Below the pieces are notes generated by a model. The model saw only the letters and a program-made list of their open reading frames with translations. It did not search any database and had not been told where the DNA came from. A stretch of 63,884 bases of DNA, filler included, from Ministeria vibrans ATCC 50519 (Eukaryota > Protista > Filasterea), in the NCBI GenBank assembly GCA_943704425.1. It is 5 parts of 5 records of this genome, joined end to end, with 100 filler letters (N's around TTAATTAATTAA, not from the genome) between each part and the next. Parts side by side here need not be neighbours in the genome. Positions count along the whole stretch, not along the records: positions 1 to 26,777 come from CALSCP010001747.1; positions 26,878 to 43,593 come from CALSCP010000088.1; 3 more parts are not named here. One strand, given 5' to 3'. Below are positions 10,741-28,270 of this stretch, piece after piece (the stretch's first letter is position 1; each line of letters opens with the position of its first letter). Position numbers and translations under genes: made by a program.

Positions 10741-13700
10741 ATGTCCGAGCGAAGCACCCTTCTGAGTGCGTCCTCGTCACCCTACGATGATGGTACGACA
10801 CACGACGGGCGCCTCCGTCGCATCTAACGGCCGTTTTTCCTTCTCGTTCTCAGTTGACTCGTCTTCGCTCAACGACGACGCTCACTTGGGGAACGCGTAC
10901 GAGCAGCGCGAGCAAACAACGCGCACGCTAGGAGCAGATGTGGTGAAGGAGCGTGCCAACAAGCGCGGCATCAGCTGGTTTCGCGGCGTTTTCATTCCCT
11001 GCAGCATTGCCATCTTCTCGCCCGTGTTCTTTCTCCGACTGCCACTGGCCGTTGCGCAGTCGGGGCTGCTGCAGGTGCTGCTCATGCTCCTTGTCATATC
11101 GGTGGTGCTCATGATGAGCGGAGCGAGCACGACCATCATTGTGCAGAACGGCCGAGTGCGAGAGGGCGGCAGTTACTACATGTTGTCGCGCACGCTGGGC
11201 CCCGAGCTGGGCGGCACCATGGGCGTGCTGCTCTTCTTTGTCCATTCGCTTGCCTCCGCCTTCTCCATCACGGGTTTTGCCGAAATGTACTACTACTTGA
11301 CAAGTCACGAAGGCAATGCCGATCTGCTGGCTCTGCCCTTTGGCGAAACGCTCATTGTCACGTCCATTGCGCTTGTGGGCGTCTTTCTCATCACACTCTA
11401 TGGCGGTCGTCCCTTCTCTCTGTTGGGCATTCTCTTCTGGGCATTCAAGTCGATTGTCATCTTCTTTGTCATCATCTCGCTCCTCTTCAACACCAGCCAG
11501 CGCGTCACACCCCCTCCTCTGCCTCTTAACTCCTCCATTCCCGTCACCTCCGCCATGTTTTACACGGGCCCCAGCGCCACTTCGCTCAAGTCGAATGCTT
11601 ATGCCACCTACCACAGCACTCCAAGTGAGAATAAGGAGAACAAGAAGAAACCCAATCGGATGTCACCTTTTTGTTTTTGATACTTTTTTATTTTTCCAAC
11701 AGACTTGGCAACGCACTCAGGCAATTCTCTCAACAACTTTATGGTCATCTTTGGAATTCTTCTGGCGGCCTTTACGGGTGTGCTTTCCGCGACCAACATG
11801 AGTTCAGAGTTGCACAAGCCGCGCGTGTCCGTACCCCGTGGCATGGCCTGGGCCTGCGGCACCGCCATTGTACGCCCTTACCCCTCCCTAACCCTAACAC
11901 TCACCTATTTTTTTTTTTTTTTTTTAAAGTTGTCAAACTAAGACAGACAAGTTTAGCACACTTGTGAAAACGATATGTGCTATGGACTGTTAGCCTTTAT
12001 CATGTCATGGACCATTTGCTGCATGCACGAGCTGTCGGGTTCCGAAGTGACGTTGGTCACCATGCGACTTGCATTCAACCAGTTCCCCGTAGTCGCTGCG
12101 GTCATGGCCGCTGCCATTGGCTCTGCCGTGGTTCATCTTCTCGCCGCCTCACAGGTCTGTTTTTGTGTTAATGTGTGCGTCCGCTCGTTTTTAATATTAT
12201 TTATAATTATGATCATCATTCTTTAGATTATACTGCGAATGATGCGTGACTTTTTTGCGCCAGCGGGAGAGTATTGTGAGAATGATGAGTCGGTGTACGA
12301 CCCCGACGAGGACTGGCTGCATCGCGCGGTGTTGCACCTCGACCAGAATCAAACAGCGACGGGCGGGATGTTGTACCGCACTGCCGTGATCAATCGCATT
12401 GCCATTGGTGCAGACAAGGCTGGAGCGGGCGTGTCGGCTTCGCACGCACTTGCGGGCAATGCCTCGGCCTCAGCGATGGCCTCCGTCTCTGCCCCGAAGC
12501 CTTTGTCGGCGTCGGCATCGACGTCGTCAACGAGGACTCCCATTGCCCATTTGATGCCGTCCACTGTGGCCGCTATAAAAGAGGAAGAGAGCACGTCGAC
12601 GGGGGAAGAAGAATTTGGTTCAAGAGAGCGCGCTGCATCCACTGGCATTACCACTGTGAGTGTTATTAATGATGGTGACGAAACAGCTGTTGCCCGGAAG
12701 ACTGCAACGTTTGCAGCGCAAGTGGACGATCGGGATGCACAAGAAGAAAAAGAAGAAGAATGCAACTCGGAAGGGAGCAGTAGTGAAGATGACGGAGAGT
12801 ACCGCGGCTACGACGAAGTGGGCCCGGCGCGACCCGCGAGTCCTCCACCGCGCTCGCTCTTCCCCGGCACATCCGCGTGGCGCGCCGTGCTGTCACCGTC
12901 CGTACAGGTACCCATTGAACCGGTGATTGTGCACGAAGAGGAGAGCCTTGCGGCCGGCTACGACTTGAGGGGTGTTGAGATTGGGGATTCGGATGGCGAT
13001 GACGACTCCGACAGTGAAGTACCGCCCATCACAAGCATGCAGCCGCTCTCGAGTCGTTCGCGCGCTATTTCGGTCGTGTCACATCTCAGCTCCATTGGCA
13101 CCGACCACCATCAGGTGCTTCCACAGGTGGTTGCAAGCGTTGCTGCTGCCCCTGCTCTGGCGCCAGCGGTGCCTTCCTCCCCCTCCCTCGCAGTTCCTGC
13201 CTCTCGGCAGCGCACCAACAACCTGTGGTTTCGCCAGCGCTACTACAACTCACTCAATATGCAAGAGAACACGCGTACACGCACTGTATTTGCCGAAAAG
13301 CATCGCGACCCGAACAAGCCACGACAACACCAGCAACTTAAGCAGCAGAATGGCGAAGGCGAAGTGGAGGCGTCGGCACTGGCGGCCGCGGCTTCTCTTG
13401 CTGCAGCAAGTGGCGCTGGAGCCTCATCGGCCGTGAGTGGACTGCGTAAGCGAGCGGCGAGTGTGGCACCGAGCGCCATCAGCGACGTGAGCGGTGACGG
13501 CGATGAGCATGGTGATGGTTCGGACACCGCACGCGGGCGTGTGGTGTGTTGCCGACCGACGTCGCAGGAACAGATGAAGAAGCAGCTGCGCCGCATTGCC
13601 CAGTGGATTGTGCGGCGCATGTTTACACCTGTTGGGTGCACAACCTTTTCGTGGATCATTGTGCAAATCTTCTTGACTATTGGTCGACTGGACACGCTTG

Positions 13701-15103
13701 CGCCCGTCGTCTCCATGCTTTTTCTTCTGCACACGAGCCTCACCAATTTTGCCATTTTGCTACTGAAAGCCATTGCGTTGCCCAACTTCCGACCTCCACG
13801 CTACTACCCGTTTGTGTTTGTCTTTGCAGGCTGGTTTGCGCCGCTTGTTCTCATGTTCATGCTCAAGCCCCTGTTTGCGCTGATCCTTGTGTCGGCCTTT
13901 CTCGTGACGCTCATCCTCTTTTCGCTGCTGGCACCCTCGGTGCCGTGGGGCGACATTACGCAGGCGTTCCTCTTTCACCAGGTGCGCAAGTATCTGTGGC
14001 GTTTGACGCAGTACCAGCGCAGCTCGACGGGCTTTTGGCGTCCGTCCGTGCTCATTGTGGACACGAAAGGGGTCACGAATGCCGAGGACATTTCGGAGCG
14101 AGAGAAGGCAGTGCACAAATTTACGAACAAGATAAAAAAGGGCGGCCTGCTTGTGTTGGGTACGCTTGTGTTTGGCGGGTACAACCGATCGACGCTGTCG
14201 CGACTGCGGCGACAGCAGCGCATGTGGATGTCGTATTTCCAGGAGAACAAGTTTAAAGGCATTTGCGAGTGCACACTGGCGGACTCGGTCGCAGCAGGAG
14301 TGCGTACGCTGATTCTGCTGTCGGGCCTGGGACCTATGCGGCCGAACACACTTGTGCTGTTGTGGCACGGCGAGAAGGACACGACAGCGGCGCACAGTAA
14401 CGAGACCTGGGAGGACTACGCGCAGATTTTTCACGATGCCATTTTGTCGGAGATGCACGCACTGCACCTGCGCAACTTCCACCTGTTCAATGAAGATCTG
14501 GTGCGGCGCTATATGCGCGAGTTTGGCGTGAGCGGACGGATTCTGGGCAAGAAGAAGGATTGCATGTATGTGGATGTGTGGGCAGCGTCGCTGACACAGC
14601 CTATGGGCAATCCGCCCGGATGCGACGACTGTGTCGCCCTCTCGCTCAACCTTATGCATACGCTGCGCAACCAGAGCTTCTGGGGCACGTTCACTGTGGG
14701 GCGCATGCACGTCATTGTTGAACGCGACGACGATGTCTATGCTGCACGACAGTGGTGGGTGCGCTTTGCCAAGGTCAAGCGCTTGAACATTGCCTCGCTG
14801 CACGTAAGATGAAAAGAAATTAGTGTGTTTTCATGTGAGTGTGTCTGTGCGCCTCTGTTTGTCTATAACTTCGTTCTTTCTTCCTTCCTTTTTTATATTA
14901 CTTTGTTCGTTCACCCTTCCTACTTTCTTTTTATCATTTCGTTTGGGTTTCCTTTCTTTCTTCCTTTCTTTTCTTTTAATATTACTTTGTTCGTTCACCC
15001 TTCCTCCTCTCTATATCACTGTTCTTTCTTTCTCCTCTCTCTTTTTGTCATTTTGTTCTCTCTCTCTCTATCACTTTGTTTCTTTGTTTCTCTCTCTATC
15101 ACT

Positions 15104-15159
<56 letters not shown>

Positions 15160-15559
15160 NNNNNNNNNNCCCCCCTCCCTCTCCTCTTTCTATGTGAACT
15201 GAGTTTTGGTTGTAGGTACATTCTGCTGCGACTGAGTTTGACAATGAACTGGCCAAGGCGCCGACCAACATTCAAGGTTCATGGCAGGCGGCTATTCGCG
15301 AGATCATCCTTGCTAATTCCGTCACGACGTGTACGAACATCGTCGAAAAAGGAAGACACACACACACATTTGTCTCATACAATCTTTTTTGCCTTTTAAT
15401 CTTTGCTGTGCAGGTCTTGCCTTCCTTCCGTTTGTGTCGTTTTCAATGGACTCGGGAGGTCGGGTGGAACTGCTCAAGTCTCTCGATGCGCTCACTGCGG
15501 GATTTCCTCCGACTGTGCTCACCCACGCGCGTTACAATGTTCTTCAGGATGTCTTCTGA
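10741..15559 (+). CDS. SLC12A9: Cation-chloride cotransporter family protein, SLC12A9-like, with a large low-complexity insertion
   Basis: Motifs GVFIPC, NGRVREGGSYYMLSRTLGPELGGTMG, TGVLSATNMSSEL, PNFRP, WGDITQAFLFHQVRKYL, FWRPSVL, KKGGLLVLG and GLGPMRPNTLVL. Multi-exon. Confidence 0.9.
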
Positions 15560-15633
15560 CACGCACCTTTTGTTGTAAATACTCGATCATCATGCTAATA
15601 TACAACAGGGAAACATAAATTTTTATACAGTTT

Positions 15634-17150
15634 TTAATGTTTACAGTGACGCGCGACAATAGACCTTGCGATTTGGCGGACGGTTGGAAGCCAAAGGGCC
15701 CACTGGCGACGGTCCTCGGGAGATACGTTGGCGTGGGGGTCGGACAGAGGAAGCGCAGTGGTTGAGGGAGAAGGAGGGAAGGAAGCGCAGTGAAATGAAA
15801 GGGGAGATTTGGTGTTTGTGGAGGAGGCACAGGACCACATGAGAGAACGGATGCGGGCCATATCATGTGTGCCCTGGAGGCCACTGTGCTGCAACTGCTC
15901 TGCAATGTCGGAGCAGTGAAAGTCGACGGCACACAAGAGCCATTCGGTTTGCTTGAGTGGTTCGATGGTAGCAGGATCGATGAGAGGGGCGGGCGAACAG
16001 AGAAGTGGGAAGCAGTCCAACGAATGGGAGTGGGACGGGGATTGATGTTCAAAGCGCCGCAACCAGTTCCGAGTGCACGTGTCGAGCATTTTCATGTCGC
16101 CGCCCATGCCACCAAAGACACGTCTGAGCTGCAGTGAGTAGAGTAGAGTGCGCACTTTAGGGTCACTAATCGCGGCAATGCGACGAAAGAGAGTCTCGCG
16201 ACGCAAATCATCTGTGGTCTCGATGTCGCCCCAGCCAGTAAGCTCACGTGAAGTGCTCTTGGCCAACGTGGAGACCACGCCCAGGACATACTGAAGCATT
16301 TGCGGTGTGAGTGTGTGGCGTTTGCCGTGGACCGCCATGAGCCAGGCCACAGGCGCAAAGTGGAGGGTGAGGTGGACGTCTTCGATCATGATGATGAGGA
16401 TGCGACGGAGTAAGTCATCAAGACTAAAAACCCCCCTCAAAAGCAAAAAAAAAGAAACAAAAAAAGAAGCAGATCAGAAAGCGAGAGTAGCAAATGGATT
16501 GAAACATCGACTGACCTGAGACTGAGCAAGTGAGAAGCGCTTTTGACGGCGATCGACGTAGCGCAACGTCGTACGCTCTTTTGCAGATGGCTTTTGAGCA
16601 AGGAGACGCTTTTCGAAGTGTATGAGAAGTGTGAAGCTGGGCTCTTGTCATCGGAGTCGTTGGGCGAGAGTTTGACGGACGAGAAGAGTTGGATCGTCTT
16701 GTTGTGTTCGCGCCAGACGAATTCGCCGCAGGGAGTGAAGTTTGACGGAGGATGATCGCGCGCGAAGAGCGCCGTAGGCAAGCCGTCGCCGTCCGCACTC
16801 CATGCACACGAGAAGAAAGTGGGAACTGTGGGATCCTGAGTGCCGGTGTAGGCGTGGAGAGTGGTTGGCGTGGCGATCTTGAGCTTTTTCCGACCGACCG
16901 TGTCCGATGCACAAAGTGACGGACACGAGAAGTCGATGTGTGTGCCGAGCATGGCCGAAGCGACGCGCTGGTGGCATGCGGGACACTCGACTTGGGACGA
17001 CGACGCCGCCGCGGCAGCCGCAGCAGCTGCAGGAGGGGCGCTTGGCGATGAAGAGTCGGCGAGTGTGCGTTTGAGCGGCTGCTTGGCAGGACTTTGGGCT
17101 TGCGAGCGCGCCTTTCTCTGGGCGTCTCGCAGTACGTCAAACGCGCTCAT
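15634..17150 (-). CDS. UBZ-type zinc finger plus MgsA/WRNIP1-like helical domain protein, with no AAA+ ATPase (2 exons)
   Basis: VECPACHQRVASAMLGTHIDFSC (C-x2-C...H-x3/4-C, UBZ4-like). SLLKSHLQKSVRR and DLLRRILIIMIEDV resemble the MgsA/RarA motifs SALxKSxR and RRLxxxAxED. Confidence 0.65.
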
Positions 17151-17309
17151 GACACGCGTACATCAATAATAATTATGACAAAATGCGTTTTTATTTTTGT
17201 TTTTTTTCTAATTTCTTTGGTTTGAGATAACTACTCGGAAATTAATCGGAAATGGGAAATAATCCAGAATGAATAATTTTCAGAATAATTTTCAGTTGCT
17301 CTTGTTACC

Positions 17310-19888
<2,579 letters not shown>

Positions 19889-20556
19889 TCTGGAATGCAC
19901 TACCATTACAATAAACACACACACACACACACACAAGTCCCACCTGGCAATACATCGTGGAATGAGTGCATTTGTCTGTTCGACTTCGCAGCAAAAAAAA
20001 AAAATAATCGAAATATTGAACGTCAGACAGAAGATGAATCGAGAATCGAAATTCCCCAGACATCTTTTTTGTTTCTTCAAAAAGCCCGGGATCCACCTGC
20101 CCACACTTGTGCAGTGTATATTTTGGTGCGATCGAGTAACTTACCCCTTTCAGGCGCGTGTGCCTCTTTTCTCGCACAACGCAGAGCGGTCCTTGGGATC
20201 ACGTCATTGCGCCCCCTCCCCCTGCTGCGCGTCGACGCCAGGCACTGCCCCTTGCTGTCCCCTCGCTGGCCTTGTCCCCTTCCCTCCATGGCACTGCGCT
20301 TCGCTGCGTTTCACTCTTCTTCGCTCACAAACCGCAACGCTGTCAACTTATCTTCCTCTCGCCGATCTCCGAAAACGCATCCCGACGCTCTTTGCGCTCT
20401 TTCTTGCGTCGTCATACGACTCACATCTAACACTAAAGTGTCGTTGTGCGCAAACTTACGTGTGTCATGGCCGTCTTACGCTTCTTCTGGAACTTCCGCT
20501 TTTAGGATCGTCAACAAACCCAGCACAAAAAGGACGCTCGCACTCCCATTCCCGCA

Positions 20557-22075
<1,519 letters not shown>

Positions 22076-22164
22076 GGGGAGTGGTGGAAATGAAACGGGA
22101 ACGGAAGGATTATATACTTCCATTATAATTAATAATCTTATAATCGTAAAGAATTAATGTTGTG

Positions 22165-22857
22165 TTATACAGTGGTTGAGAGGGGAGAAGGGAGTTCAGA
22201 GGGAGGGAAGAAACGGCTAAGTGACTGTGCCTCTGGGGCAAAACTCCACACGACAATGCGATCGTCTTGGGAACAGGAGCAGATCTGGGATTGATCAAAC
22301 TGGACACGCAGGACACGGTGTTCGTGGCCCTCCATTGTGTACAGTGGCTTGCCCGACTGGCGGTCCCACACGCGGATGGACCTGATAAGTAGGGAAACAA
22401 AGAGGGTGAATTGACTATGAGTGAGTGCGTGTGTGTGTGGTGGTGGTGGTGGTGGTGGTGGTGGTGGTGGTGTGTGTGTGTGTGTGCTTCGTGCGTTGGT
22501 GGGATTTGTACCGGTCGTATGAGCCTGAAACAATGTACTGTTCGTTAAAGCGGATACAGCGCACCAAGTCAGTGTGACCTGCAAGTGTCAGCAGACACTC
22601 CCCAGTCGACACACGCCACATCTAAGAGGCAAAAGAGCATTCAGTATCGCCACCCACTGTTACACATGCGAAAAAAAAAAACGTACTTTGATGAGTCTGT
22701 CTGAGCTGCCGGAGACGACGTGGTCACCCTGATAGTGCACACACGCAATACCACGCGTGTGCCCGGACAGAGTGCGCAAACACGCAGTATCTGGTTCAGC
22801 ATTCATGTCCCACACCTGTTTAATTCAATGACTCAGTCACACTCACACATTCTACAA

Positions 22858-22910
<53 letters not shown>

Positions 22911-24492
22911 CAGACACATACACATACACATTAGACTGGTTACTTTAAGAGTACGGTCACCGCTGGCGGAGACAATGGTGGATCCCTGGAACTCGACTGC
23001 GTTGACCGCAGCACGATGGCCCATGAAACAGCTGACTTGGCGTGCGCCAATAACCTCGTTGGTCTCAGGACTGCGCCTGATCCGCCACACGCGCACCGTC
23101 GTGTCCTTGGAACATGACACAATCGTCTCATCGTCCATGTTGAGGTGCAGCACCGGGTGAGTATGACCCTGCAGTGTCGAAAGGAGTCGCCCGGTCTTCA
23201 TGTTCCAGATGCAGATTGAGTTGTCGCTCGAGCCAGATACAATCAGATCACCACGAAATTGCAGCGAGAGAACCGACCCCGAATGGCCTTCTAGCTGACG
23301 CACGAGTGGGTTGGGTGCGCCTGCGCGTGCCTGTGAGCGCGACCAGATGCGGATAATGTGGTCGCGATGGCCCGACGCAATAATTTCGTCGTTGTACTGC
23401 ACCGTGTAAATGCCCAGTGACCGGCACTGTATGGTCGACGTGACGTGGTAGTTGCCCGTCCGCCAGTTGGCGAGCGTTTCGCGTCGCTGCAGATACTGAT
23501 TGACATAGAGGCGCTTCCACGCGAGCGGACGTCGGAGCTCGGGTGGCATCGGCACAATGGGACGTGCAAAGGTGGGCAGCGCAACGGGTTGTGGCCAGTC
23601 TCGCTCGCGTTGGTAGAGTAAACGCCAGGCGGCGTTGTCCTGCAGAATGCGGTGCCAGTCTCGACACACTTGAGCCGATATGACAAGAGTGTCCCGGTCG
23701 CAAAACGAGAATATCTTCAGGACCAGCTCGTCAGGCAGCTGGGTGACAAAGTCACGATGAAGCAGCGGCTCAACCTTTGCGTTGATCGACACAAGTTGGT
23801 CATAGTCCAGACGTGTCACCAGACTAATGACAAACGCCGTTTGTTCCTCGCGCGACCAACTGTCAAACTGTTCGTCGAAAATGTCCAGTCCCTCATCTTT
23901 GCGTGCCGACACAGTCGTGGTCGTCGCCGCAGATGAGGTTGAGGGGGACGCACCCGAGGACACGGTCGCCGGCGGTCGCCTTCTCCGTGTCCAGTCGGCG
24001 TGCGGGCTGTCGTCGTCCTTGTCGTCGTCAGTGACGTGTCCGCCACTCCTGCTGTGCCCAGACGGCGCGGACGCACTCGCGACCGCTGCCTCCCCGGTGC
24101 CGTTACTGCCACGGGCATCTTGCGAGGCTGATTTGACAGACAGGTTTCTGAATCGGGCAAAAAGCTAAAAGTCGAGAGATAGCGTTAAAAAAAAAAAAAA
24201 GAGAGAGTTCAGTTTGGGAGAGAAAGTGGGAGAGAATGGGGAGTCGTTGAGGGAGCGAAAGTACAGAAGGGAAGGCAGAGACGGAGTTGAAGGAATGGGA
24301 CGGACACGGGGCGCGCGAGAAGGGGCGCGGGGGGACAGATGTGCGGGACAGAGTCGACGTGACTGTTTCGCGCCCGTTCCGTCAGATGCGACGCAGACAA
24401 GGGGTGCGGGGGCGGCGCATGGGGCCACAGGGGGCACCGGCAAAGGATGATGCTCAGAAACAGCGTGCGCAGTCGCTTACTTGGTCGCTCAT
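22165..24492 (-). CDS. BTRC: beta-TrCP/Slimb-like F-box/WD40 protein
   Basis: D-domain FDSWSREEQTAFVISLV...LLHRDFVTQLP, F-box LPDELVLKIFSF...QVCRDW, NWRTG, and WD40 repeats including VSCSKDTTVRVW, GHRAAVNAV, IVSASGDRTLK, GHTRGIACV and IVSGSYD. The first exon is MSDQ at 24492. Confidence 0.92.
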
Positions 24493-24744
24493 TGTGTGAG
24501 ATGGTGACGTGAGTTCCCAAGAGAGGTTTTGAGCGTCGTCTCTCCAAACAAACGAGAGAAGATTCAGACAGAGAAAAAAGTACAGTCGGCACTCTGAAAC
24601 AACGGGTAATAGATATTTATATTATGCAATATGATAGGAAATCCGAAATAGAAGTGATCTGTTATTTTTTTTGGTTTGGTCGATCAGAATACAGAAAAGT
24701 TGAGTGACGGAATAATTAATATAATAATCATTTTTTTGAATTTA

Positions 24745-25266
24745 ATGATCGTCATTGTGTGCGGTGTGTGTGGGTGCGGAAAGACAACGCTTGCTCGAGA
24801 GCTGTCTGCTCGTCTTGCGTGCCCCTTTGTTGAAGGGGATGACCTTCATCCAGTGCGAAATGTGGAGAAAATGACGACGGGACGGGCGCTCGACGACGAT
24901 GATCGTCTGGGCTGGCTCCTGGCGCTCTCTGAAGCGGCCGTGCAGGCTCAGCACGCGCCAAGTGAAGGGAGCATTCCTGTGAAGCACACCGTTGTGACGT
25001 GTTCGGCGCTTAAGCGGGCGTATCGCGACCTCTTGCGCTCCAAAATGGACAGTGTGTTTTTCGTGGCTCTCGAGGCGCACAGCGACGCCCGCGCCCTGCT
25101 GCTCGACCGCATGGTGCATCGGGACCATTTTATGCCTCCTGCCTTGCTAGACTCGCAGCTGGCGACGTGGCAGCCGTTGCAAGCGGACGAGCGCGGAATG
25201 ACGCTGGATGCAACGGCGGCGGTGCACTTGCTGCTGGCGCGTGTCATCTCTGTCGTCGTGCAGTGA
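24745..25266 (+). CDS. IDNK: Gluconokinase (GntK/IDNK), intronless
   Basis: P-loop GVCGCGKT, EGDDLHP..N..KM..G, LDDDDRLGWL, CSALKRAYR and HFMPPALLDSQL. Confidence 0.95.
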   Translation: MIVIVCGVCGCGKTTLARELSARLACPFVEGDDLHPVRNVEKMTTGRALDDDDRLGWLLALSEAAVQAQHAPSEGSIPVKHTVVTCSALKRAYRDLLRSKMDSVFFVALEAHSDARALLLDRMVHRDHFMPPALLDSQLATWQPLQADERGMTLDATAAVHLLLARVISVVVQ

Positions 25267-25948
25267 TTTTTTTCTCATTATTAGTGTCGTGAGAGTTAAG
25301 GCGGGTCTTTGTGTAGCCAAAGGAACAGCCCGTCGATCGCTCTGTTCGCTGGTGGGTGGAAACGAACCTGCTCAATGTTACCAAGGTGCACAATCCTCGC
25401 TGTGCTTCTCCTTCTTCTGCGCCCCACTCCGTCCATCTGTCGACTCAATGCCTCACGGAAATCAAACCTCTTGTCACGAGCCACGACCAGTTTTTTTTAT
25501 GCATCCAGGAGCATATGGATGACGTCGGACGTGCCTGTGCGTATCCTTGTACTTGAGAGGGAAAATGGATATTGCGACAAGTCAAGTTCGCTTTTTATTT
25601 TTGTCAGTGCCGCCCAATTGGTAGGAACTGTGCCTATGGTGTGAAATGCAGTTTTGAACGACAAGCCACAAGATAAACCTGCCTACCTTGGAATGGCTTA
25701 GGGGTGAATGCAGAATCTAATTGTCTATGAATAATGAACTATTAAGTAACGCTTAATTCATGTTGACTTTGTTGACTTTGTTGAGTATTGATCTTCGGAG
25801 TTGTTTTGGCTTTGGAATTGGATTTGAGTCGTAGTTAGATAGTATACAATCTCAGTCACTGAGTCGCTGATATCTGAACTGTAAACAATGTTAATTTTTA
25901 TACATTAAAATTTGAAATTTCTCAGTGCTTAGTTCCCTCCCGTCGTAC

Positions 25949-26029
25949 ATGTCAGGATACTCAGGAGCATACAACGCCGATGGAGACGTTGACGACGACG
26001 ACACTGTTGACTTTGAAGAAGAGGTTTGT

Positions 26030-26082
<53 letters not shown>

Positions 26083-26652
26083 TCTCTCTCTCCGCTTCCT
26101 CCTCGCCACCATCACCCAACATCTACCACTCCAATCGCTCTACAGCTGAAGCAGCACACAGCCACCGCCCATTTCGCCTGAGTCCCACACCAACGCGTCT
26201 GCGAACGACTTTCGTGTCTGCGTTGTGTCTCGCCAACGCTTTCACGTCACCCCCGCAGCGCGCTTCTTCCTCGCTTTGTACCGCACTCCGTTCTCACTCC
26301 ACTTCTCACAATAGCGCGGCATCATGTCTTGTTCTTCTCGCGGCTGTTGCGCTGGCGAATGCAAAACAGTGTATTGACATTGTTTTCTTCCTTCCTTCCC
26401 ACTGTATTTGCAGAAGCAACTCAAGCGACTGACTGTCATGCTGATTGACGTACGCCAGCGTATGTTTGATTCGTTTGTGGCGAACAAGAGCGGCGAGACC
26501 ACCTGTATGTTTCGCGTTGCAATGGAGTGCGCTCATGCTTTTCAGCTTGTGCGACTGCGCAATCAGGACCACCAGCCGGTGTCAGTGGTGTTCTTGGGTA
26601 CGGGACAGTCTCAAGGGGGAAATGGCTTGGACAACATCTACGTGCTTCAATC
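25949..26652 (+). CDS. XRCC6: Ku70 N-terminal vWA domain, partial (cut by contig end)
   Basis: Acidic start MSGYSGAYNADGDVDDDD, then MLIDVRQRMFDS...FRVAMEC...VSVVFLGT...NGLDNIYVLQ, matching Ku70 FLVDAS.MF...VVFYGT...NIYVLQ. Confidence 0.85.
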
Positions 26653-26685
26653 GTAAGTGACATATGGGAGAGAGAGATAGGAGAA

Positions 26686-26777
<92 letters not shown>

Positions 26778-26877
26778 NNNNNNNNNNNNNNNNNNNNNNN
26801 NNNNNNNNNNNNNNNNNNNNNTTAATTAATTAANNNNNNNNNNNNNNNNNNNNNNNNNNNNNNNNNNNNNNNNNNNN
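26778..26877. other. Artificial contig linker (N44-TTAATTAATTAA-N44)
   Basis: Identical 100-bp linker with stops in all six frames, repeated four times in the window. Confidence 0.97.
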
Positions 26878-26899
26878 TTATTATTATTATTATTATTAC

Positions 26900-26987
<88 letters not shown>

Positions 26988-26992
26988 GTATT

Positions 26993-27030
<38 letters not shown>

Positions 27031-27054
27031 GATATAAATGAAATGAACAATGGG

Positions 27055-27793
27055 CTACGAGAGTCGCTTACACGAGGCAGTACGAGACGCTGGGCCTCGC
27101 GAGAGCTTTCGAGCTAAAGGATCTGCTGAAACCACCACGGGAGCATTTCCATAGTCCGGCAGACCTGTGCGCGCAAGGGGGGGGGCACATTACGACAACA
27201 ATTATTATTGAAGTTTGACGTCGATTGACACGTCTGAACTCGCACCACACCACGCCGTATACGTACCTGACTTGGTGCGCACCATAGGCTGTCGTTTTTG
27301 TTGTGATAAGTGGGAGTGTTGTTGTGTGGCCGGCACATGGTGACTGTTCTCAGAGGGAGTTCCATCGCCTGCAAGAATGGTGTGAAAACCTTTCAACGCC
27401 AAAACCCCCTCTTTTGACATACCTGGAAGCTGTGGCCTTTGCACATGACGGCCTGTAAGTGAGTGGTAGCCCATTGCCGAGGCACTTCGGGAGTTTGCTT
27501 TGCTTTTGGCATTATCGTCCCATGCGTTGCCGTAGGCAACTGGCATATTATTCTGTCGCATCGCCTTTTGTGCCATCTCTTCGCTTTCGATTTTTCTCCT
27601 GGCCAGTGTTCCAAGGGTGAGTGGGCATCAATGGAGCGCAGCGTGGAGCGACGAACCTCTTGTTTTCGCGTTTGTAGGCGTACACCACATAGATGAAGAC
27701 ACAGATAATAACAAGAACGAGAACAATCACAATGGGAACCCAATAGCGAGCCTCGCTCGAGAGACGGCGAGACCGAGACAAGATGGGGACCAT
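27055..27793 (-). CDS. Small single-pass membrane protein of unknown function (start uncertain)
   Basis: TM WVPIVIVLVLVIICVFIYVVYAY followed by basic KRENKRRK. Two GT-AG introns keep the frame to TAG at 27055. Confidence 0.55.
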
Positions 27794-28129
27794 ATTACGG
27801 CAAATAAAAAAGTAAAAATTATCCAGGATTAACAATAATATTTAACATTCAGGGTTCGGGTTAGAGACTTACGCCTTAGGGACTCAAATCTTAGACCTTA
27901 GAAGAGTTCGGACCACTAGAACTGTTAGGAGTTAAGACTTCAGACTTGGCCTATTTACTATTGTCAGAGGGTTTGATGTTTCCAAGTTTACTTCGATGTG
28001 ACTGTGATGTGACTTCGATCACCCTTGAAAGACTGATGACTGAATAAATAATTAATACTGATCACTGAAGTTTCACACGCACACAAAGTTTGATCACTTA
28101 TTTTTTTTTTGCTGTTTTTATAACACACC

Positions 28130-28210
28130 ATGTCGTCCGACTTTTGGATGTCAACACACCGGTAGAGGCGCAAAGGAAGACGCACCATTCACTGACACAC
28201 ACACACACAC

Positions 28211-28270
<60 letters not shown>

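Noticed and set aside
24745-25266. Horizontal transfer of the intronless gluconokinase
   Set aside because: The family is widespread in eukaryotes, the gene is short and its composition matches its neighbours; there is no evidence without a phylogeny.
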